DNA from: Ascoidea asiatica JCM 7603
Lineage: Eukaryota; Fungi; Ascomycota
DNA: 64,000 bases
Direction: 5' to 3'
Assembly (NCBI GenBank): GCA_001600695.1
Contig: BCKQ01000001.1
Span: 2,166,768-2,230,767, forward strand
How positions within the stretch are numbered: the first letter of the stretch is position 1; every line of letters begins with the position of its first letter. The notes under the pieces are model-generated. The model searched no databases and was not told the origin of the DNA. It saw nothing but the letters and a program-made list of their open reading frames with translations. Below are positions 10,876-22,916 of this stretch, piece by piece. The translations under genes and the position numbers were made by a program.

Positions 10876-11301
10876 CTGATTAAAATTATTTACTCGAATA
10901 AATTTTGATTTTCTTCCATTTTCATACTGTAATAAATTAATCAAATAAAAAAATTTATTAAAGTTACAGGAGCATCAAATGACAAATACCAAAAAAAATA
11001 CTTTTTTTTCTATTATTCTTTAAAAAACACCCAATTTCAATTTCAATTCAATTTCAATGAAGTCTTCAATTCAAATATTTAAACTCACACTTTTTCCTTA
11101 ATTTTGAAAATATTTTTTTGTTCATATTCTTCTTTCTATTTTTTATTCATTCATCTTAATAAATAAATAAATATTTTAATTTATAACTTTTGCTTAATCT
11201 TTGCCTTATTATCAAACAAAACACACAATCATATATCTATCTATCTGATAATATATAACCAATCAACCAATTAACCAACCAATTAAATCATTATAACAAA
11301 A

Positions 11302-11595
11302 ATGTTACCAGTTACTTATTCAGTTATTTCAACTTCATTATTAAATTCAACTTTAAATTCAATTCCAATATCTTTATTAAGAAATTCAAATTCAATTAGA
11401 CATTATGCTGCTCAAACAAGATTAGCTTCTGCAAGAGTTTCAACAAATTCTTTTGATTTAATTAATGGTAATAATTTTAAATCTTTTAAAGAATATAGAG
11501 AAAAAGTTAAAAGAGAAGAATTACATGGTGAAGGAAATTTTAAATTAATTACTCATGATACAAATGGTAAAGTTATTTATCCATTAAATAAATAA
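11302..11595 (+). CDS. DPI8: Small mitochondrial protein, Dpi8/YJL133C-A-like
   Basis: Ser/Arg-rich, acid-free N-terminus (presequence-like). QTRLASA and GNNFKSFKEYRE resemble S. cerevisiae Dpi8 (GNSFNSFKEYRE, recalled from memory). Strong AAAATG context and host-like codon use. Confidence 0.7.
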   Translation: MLPVTYSVISTSLLNSTLNSIPISLLRNSNSIRHYAAQTRLASARVSTNSFDLINGNNFKSFKEYREKVKREELHGEGNFKLITHDTNGKVIYPLNK

Positions 11596-11705
11596 TTAAA
11601 TAATTAACTTTAGTTACTATGCCTTTTTTTTTTATCAAATTGATTAAATATTCAAATCTTAGATTCTTTTTTTTATTTCCCTTACCAATCAATCAATCTC
11701 TCAAT

Positions 11706-11779
11706 AAATCATTCAATCAATCAATTCAAATATAACATCAAATCATTCAATCAATCAATTCAAATATAACATCAAATCA
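11706..11779. repeat. Tandem duplication of a 34-35 bp unit (AAATCATTCAATCAATCAATTCAAATATAACATC)
   Basis: Two adjacent copies read directly, downstream of the DPI8-like stop codon. Confidence 0.8.
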
Positions 11780-11979
11780 ATATGTTATAAACTTCAATTC
11801 TCCCTTCTCAAACATCAATCATCCCACTTAAGTGGTTTTCCTTTCACAAAATAATCAATTTATTCTCCTTTTATCTTTCCTTTTTGCTTTTGTTTCCAAA
11901 AAACTTTTAATGATAGTTTTTTTCATATTTTTTTAACTCTCTTTTTTTTCCTTTAATGTATTTTATCCAAATTTGGATC

Positions 11980-12164
11980 TATCCCTTTAATCCAAGGGTC
12001 TGTACCTTCCTCTCGAGCACGTGATATATTGTAGAAACTAAGACTATTTTTAAGAATATTTACATTTCAAACTAAATACCCATTTTTTTCAGAATAGTAT
12101 AACATTAAAAAAAGTGTATTATGCGCTTAAGAGCCAAGGCACAGATCCTTGGATTAAAGGGATA
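11980..12164. repeat. 185-bp fold-back element (long inverted repeat); MITE-like or a 3'-UTR RNA hairpin
   Basis: Arms at 11980-12030 and 12113-12164. The outer 18 bp are perfect (TATCCCTTTAATCCAAGG / CCTTGGATTAAAGGGATA), with TA at both ends. Confidence 0.85.
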
Positions 12165-12732
12165 ATGTGTTGGTTACATACTACTCTATATTAATATTAT
12201 CTTTTTGTGTATGTGTTTTTTTTTTTGTTATTTCATTTATATACAAAGTTATTCAAATTTCACATTTTTTTTTTTTTATATAAAAATCAAATAAATAAAC
12301 ATAATAAATAAATAAATAAAATCTTAAAAAAAATAATTAATTTCTTTAGAAAAATGTAAAACTTTTATATATATATATATCTGGTAAAATAATAATTGAA
12401 TTAATACTAGAAGTAAAAATAGAATGCTGATTGATTAGTAATTAAATGAATGGAGCCCATAATAGCATTGTAATCAAAATAGACAACAACAACAATAAAA
12501 ACAATAATAACAAAGGAATAATAAGAATAATAATAATAATAATAGTAAGGAAGAAAATGATGATAATAATAATGACAATAACAATAAAAATTTAGAAAGC
12601 AAAAAGAAAAGAAAAGAAAAGAAACTCAAAAATAAAAAAAATTAGTAAATAAATAAATAAACAATTAAACAAACAAAAAAATATCATAAAAAATTCATTC
12701 TAAATTTAAAAAAAAATTATTTTCAAATTCAA

Positions 12733-15471
12733 TTAACCTGATTTTTCATGTTGAGTTGAAATTCTTTTCATAGCCATAACAAAATCTTCAACATTTCTCA
12801 GTTCTGTTTTTCTTTTTAATGATTTACCATTCATAAGTCTATCAAATGCTTCTGATCTTGACATTAAAACATATGATCCTCCCATAACACAAAATACTCC
12901 TAGTGACCAAATCCAAACCTTTACGACTGTTACAATATCTGTCCAATTTTGTGACCACCAACCAAAAAGTGCAAATATTGTTGAAATTATATCAACTGAA
13001 AGTACTGCTAATGATAATTGCCATGATGGATATGATGTCCAAAATGGTCCTGTTGCCCTTGTAATAAATATTAACCAATTTTCTGTTAATGAAATTTCAA
13101 GAAATATTACACCATCAATTGATCCAAAATTTTGTACAATACCACCTTTTGGTAAAAACATTGTTGTTAAACAAATCCATGTACCAACTGCTAAAATTAT
13201 ACCTAAAACAATTGACATACCCCATAATCTTGGTAAATTCCATTTGACAGGTTTTTTAGCTAATGGTGCATTATCATAAGCAATTGCTAAAGTTGCAACA
13301 TCTGCAAATATTGCTAAAAATACAACCAAATTAATATTTAAACTTTTATCTAAAATTGCAATCCATAAACCAAAAAAAATTTCTAAATGTAAGGATAATG
13401 CAATACGATAAATAACATATGCATACATTCTATGAAAAATTTGTCTAGAAATTTGAATTGCATGAATAATTGCTGATAAACCAGGAGCTAAGAAAACAAT
13501 ATCAGCAGCAGCTCTGGCAGCATCTGTTGCACCTTTTACAGCAATTCCAGTATCAGCTTTTTTTAAAGATGGAGCATCATTAACACCATCACCAGTCATT
13601 GCAACTAAATAACCTCTATTTTGTAAAATATCAACAACATTATATTTATGTTGAGGAAAAACTTCTGCAAAACCATCAGCATTTTCAACAAAATCCGCGA
13701 TTTCTGAACCTGGCATATCACCACCACCAGAAAGTCCTAATCTTTCAGCATCATAAATATTTGAACCAAGACCTAATTGTCTACAAGTTTCTTTTGCAAT
13801 GCCAACAGCATCACCAGTTAAAATTTTAACTCTTAAACCAAGATTATGAGCTTCATTAATAGTTTGAGCAGTATCATCTCTTGGTGGATCTAAACATGGC
13901 ATAATTCCTAAAATTTCATATGGCATATTACCAATTTTTCTTGCAATACCTAAAGAACGAAAACCTCTTGAAGCAAATTCAGCAACTTTATTTTCATAAT
14001 TTTCTCTGACTTCTTCAGGAACATCAGCATCAGCTTCAACAGTTCTTAAAACAAATAAAGGAGCACCTTTAATACAAACAATTCTTTTACCATCAGGAGC
14101 TTCAACTAAAGCTGCAACTCTTTTTGAAACAGGATCAAATGGATGAAATTCTAATACAGTAAATTTATTTAAAGCTTCTAAAGCTCTTGGATAACTTTTT
14201 AAAGATCTTAAAAAAGCTTTATCAATTGCATCTAAACCTTTTTTTTTTCTACTTGAAGCTAAACATGCAGTTAACATTAATTCATCAGGAGAAACACCTT
14301 CAACAGTATAAGGTTCATATAAAGCTAATTTATTTTTTGTTAAAGTACCAGTTTTATCAGAACATAAAATTTCAACGCCAGCTAAAGATTCAATTGCAGA
14401 TAATTTTTGTACAATTGCTTTTCTTCTTGCTAAATAAGCAGCACCAACAGCCATTGTTGTTGTTACAACTGCAGGTAAACCAACAGGTACACCAACCATT
14501 GTTATAGCTAAAGAGAATCTTAAAATTTTTACAATTCCACTTGTTCTATAAAAACATGCTGTCCAAACTAATAATAAAGTTATTATAACTAAAATTAATA
14601 ACATTGTACCAATACCATTTAAAACTTCAGTAAAATGACCAGTACCAGAATTTGCTTTATTAACTAAAGAAGCAGCTCTACCAACAAAAGTTTGAGAACC
14701 AATTGCAGTTACAATCATATAACCATCACCTCTTTTAACAGTTGAAGAAGAAAAAGTTAAATCACCCGAATGTTTTTCAACAGCTAAAGATTCACCAGTT
14801 ATAGTTGATTGATCAACTTGTAAAAAACAATCATCAGAAATTAATTTACCATCGGCAGGTATTATTGTACCTTCTTCTAATTGTAAAATATCACCAGGTA
14901 CAACTTCATTTGAAGGTATTTCAATTAAATGAGAATTTCTTAAAACAGTTGCAAAATGAGCTAAAGTTTTTTTTAATTCTAAAACAATTGTATTTGCCTG
15001 ATATTCTTGTATAAAACCAACAGTTGCATTTAATAATAATAAAGCACAAATTACACCAAAATCAACCCAATCTTGTAAACCAGCAGCTAAAATTGCTGCA
15101 GCTTCCATAACAAATTGAATTGGACCAATAAAATACATAACAAATTTTATAATTAAATTTTCATATTCTTCTTCAATTTGATTTAAACCATATTTTTTTC
15201 TTAATTTTAAAATTTCTTCATTTATTAAACCAGTTTCTGGATTTGTATTATAAATAAATTCATCATTTTTTTGAAAATTTTTTAAATTTAAAGGATCATG
15301 AGGATTATTTGATAAAATTTTCAAATTTTCATCTTCTTCATCATCTGTTGAAACAATATCAATATCTTGTAATAAATCATTAATATCATCTTGATTAATT
15401 TTTTGATTTCTTAATTGAATCTCTTTTTCTTCCGGGGTTAAATCAGATATTATTGAATCTGGTAAGTCCAT
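12733..15471 (-). CDS. PMA2: Plasma-membrane P-type H+-ATPase; diverged Pma1/Pma2-family paralogue
   Basis: Motifs [39 protein letters not shown] and the C-terminal RISTQHEK. Family assignment is certain; the PMA1 versus PMA2 label is not. Confidence 0.85.
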   Translation of the reverse strand: MDLPDSIISDLTPEEKEIQLRNQKINQDDINDLLQDIDIVSTDDEEDENLKILSNNPHDPLNLKNFQKNDEFIYNTNPETGLINEEILKLRKKYGLNQIEEEYENLIIKFVMYFIGPIQFVMEAAAILAAGLQDWVDFGVICALLLLNATVGFIQEYQANTIVLELKKTLAHFATVLRNSHLIEIPSNEVVPGDILQLEEGTIIPADGKLISDDCFLQVDQSTITGESLAVEKHSGDLTFSSSTVKRGDGYMIVTAIGSQTFVGRAASLVNKANSGTGHFTEVLNGIGTMLLILVIITLLLVWTACFYRTSGIVKILRFSLAITMVGVPVGLPAVVTTTMAVGAAYLARRKAIVQKLSAIESLAGVEILCSDKTGTLTKNKLALYEPYTVEGVSPDELMLTACLASSRKKKGLDAIDKAFLRSLKSYPRALEALNKFTVLEFHPFDPVSKRVAALVEAPDGKRIVCIKGAPLFVLRTVEADADVPEEVRENYENKVAEFASRGFRSLGIARKIGNMPYEILGIMPCLDPPRDDTAQTINEAHNLGLRVKILTGDAVGIAKETCRQLGLGSNIYDAERLGLSGGGDMPGSEIADFVENADGFAEVFPQHKYNVVDILQNRGYLVAMTGDGVNDAPSLKKADTGIAVKGATDAARAAADIVFLAPGLSAIIHAIQISRQIFHRMYAYVIYRIALSLHLEIFFGLWIAILDKSLNINLVVFLAIFADVATLAIAYDNAPLAKKPVKWNLPRLWGMSIVLGIILAVGTWICLTTMFLPKGGIVQNFGSIDGVIFLEISLTENWLIFITRATGPFWTSYPSWQLSLAVLSVDIISTIFALFGWWSQNWTDIVTVVKVWIWSLGVFCVMGGSYVLMSRSEAFDRLMNGKSLKRKTELRNVEDFVMAMKRISTQHEKSG

Positions 15472-15732
15472 GATTCATATAACTTAACTATAACTTATTA
15501 TTATATATTGAAGAGTTATCCTAGATCTTATATTATTATTCTTACTATCAATTTAATATTATTAAATTGAATATATTTTTTTATTATCTTAATCATTATT
15601 ATCAAATTACAAAATTATAAAATTATCAAATTCAGATTTAGAATAGTAAATATACAAATAGTAAAGTACCATAGTAGTAATACTTAGGCTACTTGCTGTA
15701 GAGAACTGAGCTCGTAAGTGTATGCACTAGAG

Positions 15733-16075
15733 TAGTAAGTTAACAAACACTTAGTAAGCTAACAAACAATGCCGGCACTACAAGCAGAATCCTCACGGAA
15801 TGCACTCGTTGCCGCTCATTGTTCTGCGCCACGCTAAAGGCGCCACTCGTACGAGGCTTTCTTGTAGAGTCCGGATTCAGCCGGATAATGTGGCTGAAAA
15901 CAGGGCTCTAATGTAAAAAATAGCCCTACTGCAAATGTTACATAACATTACAACTTTATACACCAGCTCGCAAAAAATAAAAATAGTATATTACATAACT
16001 ACACGTGTGTTTATGGAGAGTGCCTGGTGTCGGTATGAGTCCAGAATAGTGGCACTTCTTGCTTTAACACGTGAT
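15733..16075. promoter_or_regulatory. Divergent PMA/PTI1 promoter core
   Basis: GC-rich island with a 17-bp direct repeat TAGTAAG(T/C)TAACAAACA (15733, 15752), Crz1-like TGCGCCAC (15825) and GGCGCCAC (15839), AGCCCT(A) boxes and two CACGTG sites. Confidence 0.4.
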
Positions 16076-16495
16076 CTTTGATATTTTCTGATATTTTTCT
16101 CATTTTTCAATGCTGGTTTTGCTGTAAACCTTTTTGTGTGTGAAATAAAAAAAGAATTGAACTGGTGAATAAATTATAAATGCTTGGTTATTAATCTTAC
16201 ACTGCTTACTTTGTTTTCACAAGCTTCAATATCTTTTTCATTTATAATTTGAAACTTTGATATTTATATATTCATATTTTTAAATATTAATTACTTATTC
16301 AATAAGTTTAACTTTCCATATTTAATTCATTTAATTCTAATATCTATTCATAAAATTTGATTATAGTACTTGGTACTCTTTTGAACCCAGAGACGATTTC
16401 GATTTACAGTATACGATTTTTTAAATTAAATTATATTTTTAAATAATTATTAAATATTAAATATTAAATACTATAACTTAATTCTTTTTTTTCAA

Positions 16496-17656
16496 ATGGC
16501 AAGAGGTGGTAAAATAAGTTCATCCTCTGTAATATATTTCGGTCAGTTACCTTTTGATTGGGATGCAAATAATATCAAAAGTATTGTTAAAGGTAGTGGT
16601 CCAGTAACTGATGTTAGAATGAAATTTGAAAAAGGTAGAAATAAAGGGTTTTGTTTTATTGAATATTTAACTCCATTTGATGCAAAATTTGCTTTAAATT
16701 TATTATCTCAAATTACTTATAAAGGTAAAAATCTTAGAGTTGAATTATCAAAAGAAGGTTTAAGAACTTTTGGTCCTTCAACAAAATCAACTTTAAATCT
16801 TGATAGAAGATTTTTACCAAATGATATTTTCTTACCACAGCAAATGTTAAATGATGATAATCAAAACAATTCAAAACATTTAAATAATAATAATCAAAAT
16901 CAAAATCAAACTCTAAATCCAAACTCAATTCCAAATTTGAGTAGTAATAAGAATAACCAAGTTTTAAATAATAATAATCAAATATTAAATAATGATTTAA
17001 TTAATGCTACAAATATTTTACCAAATCATAATCCAATTTATTTTCCAATATCTTCAACTGATAAAATTTCTTCAAATTTATCTAAAATTCAGCCTCCTCA
17101 AATTATTCAAATGATAACTGCTTTAAAAAATTTACTATTATCTGGAAATTTTCAAGGTGCTTCTGATCTATTAAATTTATCAAATGATTTAACAGTATCT
17201 ATATCCCAAGCTTTATTTTTAATGGGCTTAATAGATACTGAAACTATAAAACAAGCTGCTTCTTTAGCTTCTTCTTCTTCTTCATCTCAACCTCAATCTC
17301 AATCACTTCCAATACAATCTGATCAACCTTTTTTACCAAGAAATCCAATAAAAATACGTTCTTCTGTACTACAATCACCACCACCACCACCACCACCACT
17401 TTCACCTTCTCCTCCACCTCCTCCTACTATTGAAAATTCTTCAATTCCTCTTAATATAAATCAAAACATAAATTCAAATATAAATCCAGAATGGTCTTCA
17501 TTACCTTCTTCTGCAATTCAAAAATTATTACAATTACCTTCAAATCAAGCAGATCTAATAGCAAAAGTTTTACTAATACCTGATTCAACTGTATCTTCCT
17601 TACCACAAGATCAGTTAGATTCAATTTTAGCTATTCGTTCTCAATATATAAATTAA
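16496..17656 (+). CDS. PTI1: CstF-64/Rna15-related CPF subunit (RRM, hinge, Pro-rich region, C-terminal domain)
   Basis: RRM with GQLPFDWD and RNP1 KGFCFIEY, hinge DKISSNLSKIQPPQ...QALFLMGLID, and a CstF C-terminal-like helix LPQDQLDSILAIR. Confidence 0.75.
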   Translation: MARGGKISSSSVIYFGQLPFDWDANNIKSIVKGSGPVTDVRMKFEKGRNKGFCFIEYLTPFDAKFALNLLSQITYKGKNLRVELSKEGLRTFGPSTKSTLNLDRRFLPNDIFLPQQMLNDDNQNNSKHLNNNNQNQNQTLNPNSIPNLSSNKNNQVLNNNNQILNNDLINATNILPNHNPIYFPISSTDKISSNLSKIQPPQIIQMITALKNLLLSGNFQGASDLLNLSNDLTVSISQALFLMGLIDTETIKQAASLASSSSSSQPQSQSLPIQSDQPFLPRNPIKIRSSVLQSPPPPPPPLSPSPPPPPTIENSSIPLNINQNINSNINPEWSSLPSSAIQKLLQLPSNQADLIAKVLLIPDSTVSSLPQDQLDSILAIRSQYIN

Positions 17657-17902
17657 TCTTACATTTTTATTTTTTTTACAAATTTGTATTCTTGCTTTAT
17701 TTAGATATTTTTTTATTGAATTTTTTTAACTATTTAATACTTTTTTTTTACTATATAGGTACACTACACTAATCTTTATTTTTGTCTTTCCCATTTAATT
17801 TTTCATTACATTTTTAATCACTTGCAACATTCAAATCATTACAAAAAACTTTTGTGTCTTATGGATAATATTTAAGCTTCTCATAACTCAGAATTTATTT
17901 GT

Positions 17903-18036
17903 TATGAGTTATCAATTATCAGCTATTAGTAATGAATTATGAGTTGTGAATTGCGAGTTGTGAATTGCGAGTTGAGAATTAAGAGTTAAGAGTTATGAGT
18001 TATGAACTATGATTTATAATTTATGATTTATGATTT
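17903..18036. repeat. Degenerate 7-bp-period minisatellite (TGAGTTA / GAATTGC / TGATTTA units)
   Basis: Heptamer periodicity visible over about 130 bp between the convergent PTI1 and SRO9 genes. Confidence 0.7.
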
Positions 18037-18677
18037 CTTTTTTTGATTTGAAATTATGATTTTTATTTGCAAATTGTGATTTTAAAAATGAGAATAAAGC
18101 AATCAGGTTAAATTTTTGTTTGCAATGATAAAACAGCTTTTTGTGAAAAAAAAAAAAAAAAAAATTTAACGAAATAAAAAAATTTAACATTGATAAAAAA
18201 TTAGAAAGATAAAAAAAATTGATATATAAAAGTAAATTATCAAAATAATTAAAAAAAAAGGTGAAAAAAAATTTTTAAACGTTCGTCAAATTAATAAAAT
18301 TCGCATTTTTCTTTCAAAAAGATACTTAGGTAATTACCGAAGTTTAGAAAAATTTATAAAAAAAAAAAGATAAGCATTTTGAAGAATAATAAGTTCAATT
18401 TTAAGAAAAAATTGTTACTAATTTTTGTAAAACCTTTTGAAATAAATCTGTAATAAAGATAACGTATATGTCTTTAAAAAGTTGTAGAAAGAATAGCAAT
18501 ACATTAAAAATTGAATTCAACATCACAAGATAATACCTATCTCAAAAAAAAAAAATTTTGAAAAAAAGAACAAGAGAAAATCAATACAAAAAAGAAACAA
18601 ATGCCAAAAAGAAAACACAAAACAAGCTTTATATAATTGATAATAATATACAATAAATAATCAAATTCAATTAAAAA

Positions 18678-19202
18678 TTATGAATTGTTATTAATATTTT
18701 TTATTGATGAGTTAGGTAATTCTGGAGTTGGGGTTGATTTGACCCAATTTTTCCAATCAAGTGGTCTAACTTGTTCTGAATTGTTTATTAATTCTAATTG
18801 AGAGCAACAATTAATAGCAGATTTAAGTAAAGAAATTGTGTCATTTTCTATTTCAGCTATAGTTTTTTGATCATTTCCTTGATAATTACTATTAGATATT
18901 GATTTTATTCTATTAAATTTTGCAATTTCAGAGATATTGATTCCTCCAGAAGTTTTATCCATTTGATCTCTTAAATATGTATCCTTTATTAAATTGTCAA
19001 AAGAGAAATAATATGTGATTTGATTGATCATTGAAAGTAATTTATCATCTAACATTGGCTGTTGATTTGTTAATTGATTATTATACATTAATGGGTTATT
19101 TACTGAATTAATTGATGGATATAATGGTAAAGTATTAATATTAGAATTAATTGGAGAAGCAACAAATTGATTTGCTTGAAAATTAGGTGAAAGTGGCATT
19201 AA

Positions 19203-19246
<44 letters not shown>

Positions 19247-21536
19247 TATTACTATTATTATTATTATTACTATTATTATTAATGCTACTAATCTTGTTAT
19301 TATTGTTATTGTTATTACCATTATTAATATTATTATTTTGTGGATAAGGTTTTGAAGTAGAAAAATTTGGATTTGGATTGTTAATCATTGGAGAACCCAT
19401 TTGTGGGCCAATTTGAGGATTAAAAGCTTGAGAAGGTAAAGGATTTGAAATATTCTGCATTAAATTTGAATTTACTTGAGAATTATTATAGAAAGAAGGA
19501 TTAACAAAAGATTGACCTCCAGCAATTGTTTGATATGCATAAGTATTAAGAATAGGTAAGATTGAATAGCCATTTCTTCCATTATAATAATTATTGCCAT
19601 TGAAATTATTATTATTTATATTATTCAAGTTATTCATGTTACTCATATTATTCATATTGTTTAAGTTATTCATATTATTGCTCATATTATTATTCATATG
19701 ATTCATACTATTCATATTAATCATGTTATTCATATTGTTTAAGTTATTCATGTTATTCATGTTATTCATATTATTCATATTATTATTGTTATTATTATAT
19801 TTATTATTGTAATTATTCGAATGAAAATTTGAATAAGATCTACGATTGCCATAACGGTATTTTTGATGATTATGATTATTATGATTATTGTATTTAGAAT
19901 AGCCATTTCCATTATGGTTATTATTATTGTTATTGTTGTTATTATAGTTATTATTATTATTATTGTTATTGTAATTACTATTATTTTTGATATTATTGAT
20001 GTTATTGATATTATTATTCTTATTATTATTGTTATTATCGATATTATTGGTATTATTGATATTGGTATTATTGGTATTGTTGTTATTGATATTATTATTA
20101 TGATCAGAGTTATTTATAATGTTATTGTTTTTGAAATCATTATTTGACTCATCATTGTTATTATTAGTGTTATTATTATCTTTACTATCAATATTATTAT
20201 CATTATCGGTATTAACATCATCATTATTTTTATTACTTAAAATGATATTACTATCAATAATTTCTTCTATTTCTTTTTTTTCTAAATTATTAGAATTATT
20301 ATTAGGTTTAGTATCATTGATATTTTTAGATTGATCAACTTCAATTATATTGTTGTTATTATTATTATAATTATTATTATAATTATTGTTATTATTATTA
20401 TGATTTTTATTATTATTATTAGAAGTAGAAGTAGATTTAGAAGAAGATTTTGATAAAGATTTAGAAGTAGATTTTGAAGTTGATTTAGAATTAGATTTTG
20501 AGGAAGATTTATTTAAATGAATGGAATGAATTTGTTTTTGATTTAAGTTTAAATTTTTTAAAGATTCAGATAAATCAGCAGATTTTTTATCATAAATCTT
20601 TTGGTCATTTAATTTATTATTAATATTAATATTATTTGATAACTTTGGTTTAACCGCTGATGAAGAAGAATTTCTATGATTATTTTTTTTTGAAGATTTT
20701 CCGTTGTTATTGTTATTGTTATTATCTTTTGAGTTCAATATGATTGTTGAATTATTATTATTATTGTTATTCTGATTTGATTTTTTAGATTTTGAAATAT
20801 TATCATGTTTATCATTTTTCTCATTTTTATCAGTTCTATCATGTTTATCATTTTTATCATTTTTATCATTTTTATCATTTTTATCGATATATTTTTTATC
20901 ATTTGATTTCTTATCATTTGAAATTACATTTTTATCATTAGAATTTGAATTTGAATTTGAATTAGAGTTAGAATTAGAATTAGAATTAGAATTAGAATTA
21001 GAAATAGAATTAGAGGTAGTAGATTTATTGGTTGATTTAGAAGACTTTGATACTTTTCTTTGTTGTTTATTTTTTTTATTTGAAGGTAATTCAATTGCAG
21101 CATCAGGATATGGAATCCATTTTTCATTTTTATTAAGTTTTAATTTCGATTTAATTATATCATTATTGTTATTGTTATTATTGTTGTTATTACTATTATT
21201 AGTAGCAGTATTGGCAGTAGTAGAAGTAATAGATGAAGAAGTACTTATACTTATATTATTTATATTAATTTCTTTATTTTCTTTATTTTCAGTATTATCT
21301 TTAGAATCTTTATTATTAGAAATAGAATTTGAATTTAAAGTTGAATTTGAAGTTGAATTTACTTTTGATTGTATATTAGAATTTATTGAATTTGAATTTG
21401 AATTTAAATTTGATTTTTTAATTTTAGTCCATGGATTTTCTTTTGGAGGAGGAGCAGGTAATAAAACAGAATGAGAAGTGAATGGAATAGAAGAATTATC
21501 AGAAATTGAATCCATTGGAGATATTGAAGAAGTCAT
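18678..21536 (-). CDS. SRO9: La-motif RNA-binding protein (Sro9/Slf1 family) with very large Asn-rich expansions
   Basis: N-terminal LLPAPPPKENPW, KWIPY, and C-terminal La motif QITYYFSFDNLIKDTYLRDQMD...IAKFNRIK. Confidence 0.85.
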
Positions 21537-22544
21537 TATTATATAAGATTGAATAGAATATGTAATTGAATAGGGTAGGATATGATAGAATATAATATGG
21601 TAGATTAGATTAGATTAGATAATAATAGGGTTTTTAATAGTGTTATATTAAAAGATCACAAAGAAAAGAGTAAATAAAAGATTGAAAGTAAACGCAAACT
21701 AGGAAACAAAAAAATAAAAATAAGAAAGGATAAAGTGGATAAATTAAATCTTTGTTATTGAGATTTATTTTTTAGGTAGTTATGTATTGTATTGTATAAT
21801 AGTAGATATTATATATTGATAGATATATTAATAGATATATTAGATAAAATACAATAATGTGGTTTTGGAAGTTAAGTGATAATTGACAGATAAAGGATAT
21901 AAGAGTGAAAAGTTAAGCGCTTAAAATAATAAATTGAAAAAGTTGATTACTCTGGGTATATTTATATTGATTTTCTTCAACTTATTATATTTTATTTTGA
22001 TTAATATATTTTTTATATATTATATGATTTTATTTTATTGGATTGAATTATATTTTATTTATTCTATTTATTATGCTACTGATATAACTTGAATAGTAGT
22101 AATTATCAAGAGCCGAAGAATAAACAATGAAAATAATAAACAGTATTGCTATGATCTGAGATTAATAAACAGATTGAGATAAAACAATAGTTAAATTATT
22201 GATTGATACGTCTTTATAGATAAAGATGATTATTAAATAATTATAAAATATTATATATAAATAAAAATATAAAATACAATTGAAATTATAAAACAATATA
22301 ATATATAAATATAAATAAAAACAGTGATGAATATGAAATAGTCAATATCAGCACAGTACTGGAGTGTTTGCAGTAAAGCTCTGGGCGAGATGGTGGTAAT
22401 TGAGAGTGGTAATTGAGAGTGATGAAGTGTAATTAATGGCTACAATACAACTGTTACCAGTTTTCCACTTCTTGCTCTTCGCTTCTCTTGTCGCTTTCTT
22501 CGCTTTCTTCTCTTTCTTCTCTTGCTCCCACCGAAACAAGCCCA

Positions 22545-22625
22545 CCGCGGGTTAACAGCCCTAAACTAATCTAAAAAGAGCCCTAAAAGCATAAATCACA
22601 TGACCATACTGTTAACCATGTGACA
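22545..22625. promoter_or_regulatory. Tbf1-like + Cbf1-like motif module in the SRO9/VHC1 divergent promoter
   Basis: AGCCCTAA at 22557 and 22579, TCACATGAC at 22596 and CATGTGAC at 22617. Confidence 0.5.
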
Positions 22626-22916
22626 CGCTTCCAGGACACCCACAAATATGGCGTTTACTTCCGAACTTTGACTGCTCTTTTTATTCCCCAATAAATGTCG
22701 ATTTCCTTAAAGTTATCGAAAATTCTTATCTCTTCTCGTTATCGAAATAGCCATAATAACTATATAAGTAAAAATTAGCCATACAAATTATCTAGTATAA
22801 TAACAAAAATATAAATATTAATAATAATACATTCATTAATCTCTCTAAAATACATTTTTTTTACATTCAATCTCTTTATATTTCATTCAAATCATATAAA
22901 AAAAAATTTATAATAT

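Noticed and set aside
17903-18036. Heptamer array as a CRISPR-like or telomeric repeat
   Set aside because: No unique spacers and degenerate units; an ordinary slippage minisatellite.
19863-21474. Hydrophobic poly-L/I ORFs antisense to SRO9 (also those overlapping RHO4, VHC1, PMA and SPA2)
   Set aside because: Reverse-complement or alternate-frame shadows of AAT-rich real genes.
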